Of a DNA stretch of 64,000 bases, positions 39,401 through 47,660 are shown one piece after another. Made by a program: the position numbers and the translations under genes. The notes under the pieces are model-generated. The model was not told where the DNA came from, searched no databases, and saw only the letters and a program-made list of their open reading frames with translations. How positions within the stretch are numbered: the stretch's first letter is position 1; every line of letters begins with the position of its first letter. This DNA comes from an uncultured Ignavibacteriota bacterium (GTDB lineage: Bacteria > Bacteroidota > Ignavibacteria > UBA10030 > UBA8401), in the NCBI GenBank assembly GCA_903861125.1, contig CAIOTF010000038.1:78060-142059 (forward strand), given 5' to 3'.

Positions 39401-39433
39401 AAAATATCGCTTCACAATTTCCTCAATAACCAA
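36413..39433 (-). CDS. Large exported TPR protein (about 1000 aa, CpoB/BamD-type repeats)
   Basis: Signal peptide followed by more than 20 repeats of the YPxSxxxxxAxYxxGxxY type. Confidence 0.9.
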   Translation of the reverse strand: MVIEEIVKRYFFVLFIVFFAGILQAQQTSGELQEEQDYAFAFGLFDDKLYQLSFEQFKKFIDQYPNSVKRPDAIFLSAESQFRLNQYQSAVSIFKNFAQDYPKHKLRLDALFRLGEMNYAQTAYKDAISYYREVYEKFPLNDQAGEAAYWVGECYLKLNDVANAQIYFKVSYERYPKHRLVDYALYSIGWTHERKKEYGKAIEIYQKLQTEKKESDLFSATTVRIGECYFQSHDYKKCIDYLTQARILLSDSTEVQRSEYLIGESYYSLADYPKAKTFYSAFLQKYPASIITRDVQYSYAWTYLNLKEYDQAGKIFGELSSGNDDIAHKSMFRKGRSLQLSGNIDSALTSYLATVAARPTGEFSDNALYESGMIYFEKKDYGKALESFQQITAKFKQGDVIADALRMVGETYLAQKKFDSALTAFRNAGKIETANSSLKSDAQFQEAWALYKMKKFSDAAKLFEQFSRRNAKQPQKAEADFWAAESYFQIQKFLEAEHFYAEALNDLPAAKRADAQYGLAWSYLKQGKYLPAANAFEKVVESDSAKKFTQDAQLRIADSYYAAKIYDKASEAYRSYIKGNPAAQNNDYALYQVANAEYRTKNDIEGIARFTELMSKYPRSQYADDAQYGIGLIHFQNKRYQQAITEFEKLIKNFPKSDMASRAQYSIADAYYNLEKYPEAITAYSDVVKKYDNSILASDAVNGMQYCFVLLGKPLEAIMVIDDFVKSNPNVRLADELFFKKGDLFYGQKQYDSAIVAYKDFLDRFPKSKLLGDAHFWLGKSYQGLGNAQAALESFTTSAEKYPASRVASAALFEAGGISSQRGKPDIALSAYARIEEQYPASNEASEASYQQALVLKGTGQLKAAVKKFEETFTKYGKTTAADRSKLALGWLNNESEQYAKAIEYFKSVAVNRTDEIAAEAQYAVGLVYQTQNNYSEAIVNYLRVRYVFPAAAQWIGRSSFNLGECYEKTNQIQKAKDAYNFVVKQNKVADLVPPAEKKLKSLEHL

Positions 39434-39502
39434 TGAATAGCCACAACGAGAAACCTACAAGACTTAAAGTAACGGTTTTAATTGAACCGCTAAACTACTT
39501 GT

Positions 39503-39531
39503 AATTTAAGACATCAAAATGAGGGAGTCAA
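39503..39531 (-). promoter_or_regulatory. Putative sigma-70 promoter of the TPR-barrel-SPOR-exbBD-tonB operon
   Basis: Minus strand TTGACT-N17-TAAATT. Confidence 0.6.
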
Positions 39532-39572
39532 GAGAGCTGGGCAGGTTTGTGACATGAAACAGGTACGCTAAT

Positions 39573-40202
39573 TTACGTTCCGGAGTGTAATCCGCCCGAT
39601 GTTTCCATCCAATCGGCTATAGAATCTGATAATCCATCAATATCGTTACCGGAAACATCCAAATGCAATTTTGGCAGGATTGATCGATCAACGAGTTCCC
39701 TCAGCATTTCCTGTTCATTCAGAAAAAGACTGAGATTATCGTATTGTTTTGGGTTGCCGGAAACTTTAAGACGTTGTTCCCTTGCCTGTTCAAACGATTC
39801 CGGTGAGCGGTGACAGAATACAAGGTGAAATCCGAGCGGCAGCAGCCGTTCCTCGATCCATCTGAGATCATAATGCCTTCCGCAATATTTTTGCTGATGC
39901 ATCATCGTTGAAATGTGAAAACGATCATCGATCCAGGAATAATAACGCTGAAGTTCGAACAACCGGAGCCAGGTGTGGAATGTTTCCATCGCCTGCTGTT
40001 ATTCCGCGAGATCAAAATTAATCAATCCTCTTCCCCATGGAAAGTTTGTGAATGCACACCACTCCGCAGAAACAAGCGGAGAATGATACCGGTACTTTCT
40101 TGGACCGACAATGCGAGGATGTTCATTCAACGCAAAAGCAAGATCAGTTTTGTGCGTCAGACGGGTTCCTTCAAGGATTATTTTGGGAGTGAGTTTCGGC
40201 AC
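39573..40202 (-). pseudogene. P-loop NMP/thymidylate-kinase-like gene interrupted by one in-frame TAA
   Basis: The 67-aa and 138-aa ORFs are in the same frame: ...GAT CTC GCG GAA TAA CAG CAG GCG ATG GAA (stop at 39999-40001). The joined product has IILEG...KT and DRFHIS motifs. Confidence 0.75.
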
Positions 40203-40258
40203 AAAATTCTTTTCGATGTACGATGATTCGAAACAGAGATCAGAAGTTTGGAAATACT

Positions 40259-41866
40259 TTATTTTACTACTTCCCTCAACGGAACACCGTCAAGATTCTT
40301 CGGTGAAGGGAATCCGGCAAGTTTGGCCAGTGTCGGCGCCGCATCTGCGGAGTGAACTTCGCGCTGCACCGTTTGCGGCACGGCACCATTCCACCAAAAG
40401 ATGAGCGGTACATGCGTGTCGTACGAATAGGGAGAGCCGTGCGTTGTGCCTGTGGTTCGGGATGATATGATGCAGTTTTCGCGAACTCGGTACTTAAAGT
40501 CCTCGCCACGCGGGGGATAATAACTATTACGATATTTTTGGATGTACGGCTTATCGGACTTTTCTTTGCTCGTCAACTCATGCCGGAAATATACGCCGGC
40601 AAATGCTTCGATATTGAGAAACCCTTTCGTGATTTCATTTTCAAGTTTCACACTATCCCATCCATTTTTCGATGCTAATCCATAGTTGATGAAACTGTTC
40701 TTGATGAAAATGTCTTCCGATGTATCCAGTTCATATTTCAATAATAATGCAAGGGAATCTAGTTTTGGTTTAATGTCGGACGCATAGATGTACCGTTTTG
40801 CATTCATATTCCGATACTGTGAATTAAACTCCGGCAGAGGACAAACGGCGTGATCGGCACTTAGTGCTACTACGTAATTATTTTTGCCAACCGTTCTGTC
40901 CAGTTCATTGAACAGTTTGCCTAATCCTCGATCGGTATTTACAAGCAAGTCCAATAATTCGTGACTGTCCGGTCCATATCCATGGCCGACGTAATCACAA
41001 TTTGAAAGTGAGACGCACAGAACATCCGTCACACCGCGTTGTCCTAATTTTTCCCCGCGAATTGCCGCAAGAGAAAAATCAATCACAAAAAGATCACCAT
41101 ACGGCGTTCCCATAATTTGTTCTGATTTTTTTTCAGGATCGAACACATGGGGAAATGAAGAACTTCCGTTCCATTTCTGCTCTGCCGAAAACTCATCTGG
41201 CCCAACCTTTGCGTATTCCGCTTCGGGCAGACTTTTTGTCCACGCATCCGGGACATTCTTACCGATCCACCCTAATGCATTGAACGATCGTGCCCACACA
41301 GGAAGTGATTTCATATAATAATCCGAAGTAACCATCGTGCCGTTCTTTTTCCCGTACCAAAAAACAAAGTCCGCCTTCGATCCGCCCATCAGGATTGCGG
41401 CCCGGTCCTTCGCTGAAACAGCAACCACTTTTGACTGCTTTGAATGTTCTTTCAGCCAATCGCCGATCGCAGGAACAACCAGGTTCCTCGCCGAAAAACC
41501 TCCCCCTTCCCCTTCAACCGGTTTTGCCAATGAGTCTTCTACGCAATAGACATTTCTTTTTGAATCTGGATCGATCCAATCATTGCTTAGGATACCGCTT
41601 TTCGACGGATAACATCCGGTTCCAAGCGTGGCATGGCCGGGACCGGTTTCACTCGTAGCATAATTCAGATCGGCATTTGAAAAAACGATCCCCTGCGAAG
41701 AGAGTCTTTTAAATCCGCCAGTAAACAGATATCCGTACCGGTCAAAATAGTCCGCCCGCATTTGATCGACTGAGATGAATACGACAAGTTTGGGTACCGG
41801 GGATTTTGCAGCAGCAATTGAAAAGAAGCAAATTACTAAAATGATTTTTTTCACGATTATCTCCAC
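40259..41866 (-). CDS. Alkaline phosphatase superfamily protein (PafA/PhoK-like)
   Basis: Signal peptide, SVDQMRADY, ETGPGHATLGTG (Thr nucleophile), KDRAA, DYVGH, SADH and THGSPYSYDTHVP. Confidence 0.92.
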   Translation of the reverse strand: MEIIVKKIILVICFFSIAAAKSPVPKLVVFISVDQMRADYFDRYGYLFTGGFKRLSSQGIVFSNADLNYATSETGPGHATLGTGCYPSKSGILSNDWIDPDSKRNVYCVEDSLAKPVEGEGGGFSARNLVVPAIGDWLKEHSKQSKVVAVSAKDRAAILMGGSKADFVFWYGKKNGTMVTSDYYMKSLPVWARSFNALGWIGKNVPDAWTKSLPEAEYAKVGPDEFSAEQKWNGSSSFPHVFDPEKKSEQIMGTPYGDLFVIDFSLAAIRGEKLGQRGVTDVLCVSLSNCDYVGHGYGPDSHELLDLLVNTDRGLGKLFNELDRTVGKNNYVVALSADHAVCPLPEFNSQYRNMNAKRYIYASDIKPKLDSLALLLKYELDTSEDIFIKNSFINYGLASKNGWDSVKLENEITKGFLNIEAFAGVYFRHELTSKEKSDKPYIQKYRNSYYPPRGEDFKYRVRENCIISSRTTGTTHGSPYSYDTHVPLIFWWNGAVPQTVQREVHSADAAPTLAKLAGFPSPKNLDGVPLREVVK

Positions 41867-42258
41867 ATGGAAAGAAGCGCCGCAGAGATCACCGACGCAA
41901 CAAGAAAATATCCGGAATAGATACTTTTGACAATAAGCGATTGTTTGTCAAAACGGAACGAGACCGCCAAATGGATGAGCGAGATCAGCAGCCACACTGC
42001 AAGACCGACGTAGATTCCCTGATTCATACCGACGGAATGTATTGAATCAACAACGACGTCCATGATAAAACAGAACAGAAGAATAAAGAAAAACTGAAAT
42101 GCAAGCTTCAATAATGTAATTTCACTTCCGTCCCGCTGACGATATTTTTTAATCTGGTTTCCGAATAATGCAGAGGAAAACCAGAGCGCCAACAACGAAA
42201 AACAGATGAATGCCGCACTGATGACCGCCGGAATATTCAGAGTGATTTTGAAAGGCAT
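41857..42258 (-). CDS. 4-TM membrane protein, DUF1761-like
   Basis: LNIPAV...ALWFSSALFG motif and four hydrophobic segments. Confidence 0.6.
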   Translation of the reverse strand: MPFKITLNIPAVISAAFICFSLLALWFSSALFGNQIKKYRQRDGSEITLLKLAFQFFFILLFCFIMDVVVDSIHSVGMNQGIYVGLAVWLLISLIHLAVSFRFDKQSLIVKSIYSGYFLVASVISAALLSMWR

Positions 42259-42259
42259 A

Positions 42260-44254
42260 TTATTTCAGCATTGCTTTCGCTCTTGCCAGAACATTATCTA
42301 TTGTAAATCCAAAATGTTTATATAAGTCTTCATACGGCGCCGACTGACCGAACATATTGATCGTGATCGTTTCGCTTGCGTATTTATGCCAGCCGAGTTC
42401 AACACCCGCTTCCACAGCGAGACGATTTTTTACTGAATGAGGAAATACAGAATCGCGGTATTCTTTTGACTGCCGTTCGAATAACTCCCACGATGGCATA
42501 CTGACGATCCGTGTTTTTATACCTTCGTTCGTCATTTGTTCATATGCGCCGAGGGCATATTGAAGTTCAGATCCGGTTCCAATTAAAATGATCGCCGGAG
42601 CCGGTGAATTTTCCGCAAGAATATATGCTCCCTTCGCTGTCATTTCTGCCGGTGCATATTTTGATCTATCGATCAGCGGAAGCTTTTGCCGAGTCAGTGC
42701 AAGAGCTACTGGTCCGTTCGTCCGTTCAATTGCAAGTTTCCATGCTTGAGCAGTTTCATTTGCGTCGGCAGGACGGATCACCGTAATATTCGGTATTGTG
42801 CGAAGCGATGCCAATTGTTCAACCGGTTGGTGCGTCGGTCCGTCTTCACCGAGGCCTATACTGTCGTGTGTAAACACATAGATCGGCCGGATGCCCATTA
42901 ATGCGGCAAGACGGATCGGCGGACGCATATATTCCGAAAATATCAGGAATGTTCCACCGTACGGAATCATCCCGGCGGTCAACGCAATGCCGTTCATCAG
43001 CGAACCCATTGCATGTTCGCGCACGCCGTAGCGGATATATCTTCCGCCGTAATTCAACGGTTGATAGTTCTCCATCCCTTTCACAAATGTATTGTTCGAC
43101 GGTGTGAGATCGGCAGAACCGCCGATCATGGTCGGCAAATGCGGCGCAATGGCGGCAAGCACTTTTCCCGAAGCTTCGCGCGTGGCAAGAGTCCCATTTT
43201 CTGCCGTAAAGACCGGCAGCGCATTTTTCCACGCTTCACCGTAGTTCCCTTTCACAGAATTCAACAGTGTTGCTGCCGGTTCCGCATGAGCTTTTGAATA
43301 AGCAGAAAAACGTGTGTTCCATTCTTCCTCTTGTTTCTTTCCATTTTCCACTGCCTGACGAAAATGTTTCAATGCTTCTTCCGGAATAAAAAATATTTTG
43401 TTTTCGTCCCAGCCATAATTTTTCTTCGTAAGCCGTATTTCATCGTCACCCAGCGGGGAACCGTGGGCATCATGTGTATCCTGTTTGTTCGGACTTCCAA
43501 AACCTATATGCGTCTTCACCTTTATCAATGACGGCTTATCCGTCACCTGCTGCGCGTGACGAATAGCCTTTTCCACTTTTTCAACATCATTTCCGTCGTG
43601 AACTGTCTGCACGTGCCAGCCGTACGCTTCAAACCGGGCTCCAACATCTTCGGTGAAAGACAATGCAGTGCTGCCATCGATACTGATATTGTTGTCATCG
43701 TAAAGATAAATAACATTCCCGAGTTTCAAATGTCCGGCCAACGATGCCGCTTCCGATGAAACTCCTTCCATCAGATCGCCATCGCCACATATAGCATAGA
43801 CGAAATAATCAATGACGGGAAAATCCGGTCTATTGAACGTTGCAGCGAGATACCGTTGAGCCATTGCCATTCCAATACCATTGGAAAAACCTTGGCCAAG
43901 CGGACCTGTCGTTGTTTCCACTCCTGCAGTATGTCCAAACTCAGGATGACCGGGTGTTTTGCTCCCCAGTTGGCGGAATTTTTGTAGTTCGTCAAACGAA
44001 AGATCATATCCCGTCAGATGAAGCAATGAGTATAATAACATAGATCCATGACCGCCGGAGAGAACAAATCTGTCTCGATTCATCCATTGCGGATTTGACG
44101 GGTTATGCTTTAAAAATTTTGTCCATATAACGTATGCCATGGAAGCCGCACCCATCGGCATACCCGGATGGCCGGATTTTGCTTTCTGAACGCCGTCAAT
44201 AGATAAGGTTCGAATTGTATTGATGCATAGTTGGTCAAGTTGGTTTGAAGACAC
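42260..44254 (-). CDS. tkt: Transketolase
   Basis: [30 protein letters not shown] and [12 protein letters not shown] start. Confidence 0.98.
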   Translation of the reverse strand: MSSNQLDQLCINTIRTLSIDGVQKAKSGHPGMPMGAASMAYVIWTKFLKHNPSNPQWMNRDRFVLSGGHGSMLLYSLLHLTGYDLSFDELQKFRQLGSKTPGHPEFGHTAGVETTTGPLGQGFSNGIGMAMAQRYLAATFNRPDFPVIDYFVYAICGDGDLMEGVSSEAASLAGHLKLGNVIYLYDDNNISIDGSTALSFTEDVGARFEAYGWHVQTVHDGNDVEKVEKAIRHAQQVTDKPSLIKVKTHIGFGSPNKQDTHDAHGSPLGDDEIRLTKKNYGWDENKIFFIPEEALKHFRQAVENGKKQEEEWNTRFSAYSKAHAEPAATLLNSVKGNYGEAWKNALPVFTAENGTLATREASGKVLAAIAPHLPTMIGGSADLTPSNNTFVKGMENYQPLNYGGRYIRYGVREHAMGSLMNGIALTAGMIPYGGTFLIFSEYMRPPIRLAALMGIRPIYVFTHDSIGLGEDGPTHQPVEQLASLRTIPNITVIRPADANETAQAWKLAIERTNGPVALALTRQKLPLIDRSKYAPAEMTAKGAYILAENSPAPAIILIGTGSELQYALGAYEQMTNEGIKTRIVSMPSWELFERQSKEYRDSVFPHSVKNRLAVEAGVELGWHKYASETITINMFGQSAPYEDLYKHFGFTIDNVLARAKAMLK

Positions 44255-44413
44255 AAATACTCCGATTTTTCAAGTGGATGTAAAATTTTGTGAGGAAAGA
44301 TAGAAAAAAATGAATGAAGATAAAAGAATGGAATGTCCGAAATAATTCCATTAATTCGAATTCAGTCACATTTCAATACCATCTCTTTATGCAGATATTG
44401 CAACGGACGGACA

Positions 44414-44442
44414 ATAAAAAACCCAGCGGAATTTTGCCGGGT
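44414..44442 (-). terminator. Intrinsic terminator after the repeat protein gene
   Basis: Minus strand acccggc-aaaattcc-gctgggt-ttttt. Confidence 0.7.
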
Positions 44443-44466
44443 CTTTAATCGATTAAAAATAAATGG

Positions 44467-46371
44467 TCATTGTTCCTTATAAATGGTGACACCCCAATGT
44501 GTGCGGTCGTCCGGCGCATCGTCGTTCCAATCATTGAATGCATGCGAATCGTCCGTTTGATAATGCACTTCGTATTCCCCTTTTTCCAGATAGACCGTCT
44601 TATCAAATACGCGGTTTTTCTTTGAGCCGCCGGCGTGCGTTGTGGTCCGATAAGTCATCTCCCACACAACCTCGCCATTTTTTGCATTCTCGATCCATGC
44701 ATAATCAGACATTTCGTTGCCGACACCTTCACCAATTGCGTAAATACGGACTTTCATGGATTTTTCAAGCGTAAATTTCTGACGGACATGCTTATCATCC
44801 CTTACTTTGATCAACTGTGCGATTACATTTTCATCCTGCGTTTCCTCATACTTTGCAACATTCTTTGCAGAGAAATTCTCGCCGGCGCCCATGACCGTGA
44901 TACCGTATGATTCTGCATCGAACGGTTTATCGTCGTTCCAATCATTGTAGGCATGCGAATCATCGGTCTGATAGAATACGATGTAATTCCCTGCAGGTAG
45001 CGTTATGAACTCATCGGCCAGACGATTCTTTTTTGCACCGCCGGCATGCGTAGTATTCTGACTGGTCATTTCCCAAACACGTGTACGTGTCTTTGCGTTA
45101 ATAATCCAGCCATAATCGGCAAAATCTTCGCCTTCTTTGTTGTAAACAGGTTTTCCAAATACCACAACATGCATTCCGTTGCCGGCTTCACCAAGTGCGT
45201 ACACATGCAATTGGGTTTCCTCTTTTAATGTAAAACCAGATTGGAGAAAATCATCGTTGCGTGCACGGGTCAATTGAACGATAACATTCTTCTTCTCAAA
45301 AGCATAGTCGGAAATTCCAATGGCGGATTTTTCCGATTCATTCTTTGCCGTGATCGTTACTCCATAATTGAAAGGATCGTACGGAGGCTTCGAATTCCAA
45401 TCCTCTCGCGAATGGGAATCGTCCGTTACAAAACTGATTTCATAATTTCCTTTTGTCAAACGAACATCACCTTTGAACAGAACATTTTTCGATGCACCGC
45501 CAGCATATTCCGTATTACCGTATTTCATCTCCCAAACACGTTCGCGCGTATCGGAATTGGTGATCCATCCGTAATCGAATACTTCCTCGTGACCGCGTCC
45601 CTCACCAATCGCATAGATTGAAACCGTTGCATCTTTATTCACCGTCATTTTTTTTCGTATAAAAGCGCCGTCGCCTACACCGGTTGCAGCAAAAACAACA
45701 TTCGCATTCTTTTTCGGTGCGTTGAATATTTGCACTGCACTCTCATCGCCGGCCGGAACCGAAAGGAATATCCCGTAATCATTTTTTGCCCGGTCCATGA
45801 ACTCATCATACATGGAACTGTAGTCATCGCTAAACCAATTCAAAAACTTATCGAACTTATTCCGCGATTTCCCTTCACGGCGATCGATATTGATGGAAGT
45901 AAAAGTACCGAACGAAGAGCTTGAAGAGAACCCGTACGCAGCGTAATACACTTCATACGAACCTTGTTTCAATTTAATATTGTCTTCCGCTGTACGGTTT
46001 TCCTCGCGGCCCGATGTATTATCCATCGACATTTCCCACACCACTTCGCGTGTATCCGCATTGATGATCCACCCCGCGGCATACATATCGTTGGAACGAC
46101 CCTTCGTGCCAAAGACCTCTTTCCAGGAATTCTTACTTCCCCCTCCGGCTGCATTAATGTGAACAGTAATATCTTTATTCACGGTGAACCCAAGACCCTT
46201 CACTTCTTCCGTAGTGAAATCTTTCAGTGAGATGAAATATTTTTTTGAATCTGATTGTAATGGTGAATTTGCAGGCGGATTTCCGTTAGCAGGGTCAGTA
46301 AAACCGAAGGATGTCATTGCAAGAATCGAAATGAACATAGCAACGATCGGTCCTTTTGTGGTGTTTTTCAT
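44467..46371 (-). CDS. Exported hypothetical protein with four tandem ~140-aa repeats
   Basis: Signal peptide; repeats of GWIxNxxTRExVWEM...AGGxxKN...GxYxxxYxTDDSH...WN...YGxT. Confidence 0.85.
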   Translation of the reverse strand: MKNTTKGPIVAMFISILAMTSFGFTDPANGNPPANSPLQSDSKKYFISLKDFTTEEVKGLGFTVNKDITVHINAAGGGSKNSWKEVFGTKGRSNDMYAAGWIINADTREVVWEMSMDNTSGREENRTAEDNIKLKQGSYEVYYAAYGFSSSSSFGTFTSINIDRREGKSRNKFDKFLNWFSDDYSSMYDEFMDRAKNDYGIFLSVPAGDESAVQIFNAPKKNANVVFAATGVGDGAFIRKKMTVNKDATVSIYAIGEGRGHEEVFDYGWITNSDTRERVWEMKYGNTEYAGGASKNVLFKGDVRLTKGNYEISFVTDDSHSREDWNSKPPYDPFNYGVTITAKNESEKSAIGISDYAFEKKNVIVQLTRARNDDFLQSGFTLKEETQLHVYALGEAGNGMHVVVFGKPVYNKEGEDFADYGWIINAKTRTRVWEMTSQNTTHAGGAKKNRLADEFITLPAGNYIVFYQTDDSHAYNDWNDDKPFDAESYGITVMGAGENFSAKNVAKYEETQDENVIAQLIKVRDDKHVRQKFTLEKSMKVRIYAIGEGVGNEMSDYAWIENAKNGEVVWEMTYRTTTHAGGSKKNRVFDKTVYLEKGEYEVHYQTDDSHAFNDWNDDAPDDRTHWGVTIYKEQ

Positions 46372-46406
46372 AAGGTCATTCTCCTATAATACAGGTTTCC
46401 AGACTT

Positions 46407-46433
46407 TACGAGAAAAATGAGGGTTTAGTTGCA
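46407..46433 (-). promoter_or_regulatory. Putative ECF-sigma promoter of the repeat protein gene
   Basis: Minus strand TGCAAC-N17-CGTA, 35 bp upstream of the ATG; AGGAG Shine-Dalgarno follows. Confidence 0.55.
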
Positions 46434-46490
46434 GATTTTTTGAAATGGCGGGAACAAAGAATGGTCTTTACAATTGAGTATATGCGGTTT

Positions 46491-46886
46491 TCAACGAATT
46501 TCAAGCATTTTTTTCATCGGCTTCCAGTAAAAATCAATCCACCCCTGTTTAATTGCGGAAAGATGTTTTGATGGAACATTCTTATGAGTAAATGTTACCG
46601 TACAACCGGTCTTGGTTGGCGTAATAGTCAATGAAATTTCAGATATCTCTTCCTCATCCCAGTCAGACGCACGCCATGTTTGAACGATCTTTTCATCCGG
46701 CACAAGTATGAGATTTTTACCTGATGCATATCCATCATACGCGGAAAATTTACCGCCGATTTTTCGGCTGATCTTAGCAGGAGCATCGGTGAACTTCGCA
46801 TGCTTTTTAGAATCCATCAATGCTTCATAGACATCGTGCGCCGATGCTTTGAAAGAGATTTTTTGTCTGATGGCGTTGTTTTTCAT
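46491..46886 (-). CDS. SRPBCC/AHSA1 (Aha1-like START) domain protein
   Basis: VYEALMDS, GGKFSAYDG, KIVQTWRASDW and GWIDFYW. Confidence 0.88.
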   Translation of the reverse strand: MKNNAIRQKISFKASAHDVYEALMDSKKHAKFTDAPAKISRKIGGKFSAYDGYASGKNLILVPDEKIVQTWRASDWDEEEISEISLTITPTKTGCTVTFTHKNVPSKHLSAIKQGWIDFYWKPMKKMLEIR

Positions 46887-46895
46887 GATATGTTC

Positions 46896-47660
46896 TTAAA
46901 TCGATTCAATTTCTTTTTCCGGTATCCATCCCACTTTACCGTCGGCAAGGCGTATCTTATACCACTTGTTCACATTATCGAGCACCTGCACCTTCAATCC
47001 GCGATGGATAACAAAGAGATCGTTCCCTTTGCTGTCCGGTGCTGATTTGATATTTGAAACGTCGTTCATGACGACGGCAAATTCCGTATTCGATACGCGA
47101 TATGCCTGCACAAGGAAATTTCCGGTACCGAGCAAAAGCAGAACCAAACAGATAATACCGCTCATCAGCGAATAGCGTCTGCGTTCGTACGTTCCCGCAA
47201 AGAGAAAATAGGAGAACGAACCGAGTGTGAGCAGAAACAGCGCATAGATCATCCACAGCATCGTATCGAGCGTAAAGACCGTGAGCAGTGATTCTGCCCA
47301 ACGGTAGATGAACAACTCCGGGATCGCTTCAATCTTATCCGTCAATTGAACATTCACAAACTGAATATTGAAGTTCAAATCGTCATCATTCGGAATAAAC
47401 GTACGGGCACGCTCATAGTTCAAGACCGCATATTGAAGTTTCCCCGATTTGTAATACGCATTCCCCAGATTGAAATACACTTCGCCGTTCACGTAACCAT
47501 TTTTGATGATGGATTCGTACCGCGAGACCGCGGCATCGTACTTTTGCTCAAGGTATAAACGATTCGCATCATCAAAAACAGATGAGAGTTCTTCGGATTG
47601 TGCCGAAACACTTACTACGGAAGCACAGAGAGACAGAAGAATCATTACAATTTTTTTCAT
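46896..47660 (-). CDS. batE: BatE-like TPR + TM + SH3 protein
   Basis: TPR YFNLGNAYYK...NYERA, two TMs and C-terminal SH3b WYKIRLADGKVGWI. Confidence 0.88.
   Translation of the reverse strand: MKKIVMILLSLCASVVSVSAQSEELSSVFDDANRLYLEQKYDAAVSRYESIIKNGYVNGEVYFNLGNAYYKSGKLQYAVLNYERARTFIPNDDDLNFNIQFVNVQLTDKIEAIPELFIYRWAESLLTVFTLDTMLWMIYALFLLTLGSFSYFLFAGTYERRRYSLMSGIICLVLLLLGTGNFLVQAYRVSNTEFAVVMNDVSNIKSAPDSKGNDLFVIHRGLKVQVLDNVNKWYKIRLADGKVGWIPEKEIESI

Noticed and set aside
39999..40001. Stop-codon reassignment or Sec/Pyl read-through
   Set aside because: The codon is TAA, which ends many genes here; Sec and Pyl use TGA and TAG.
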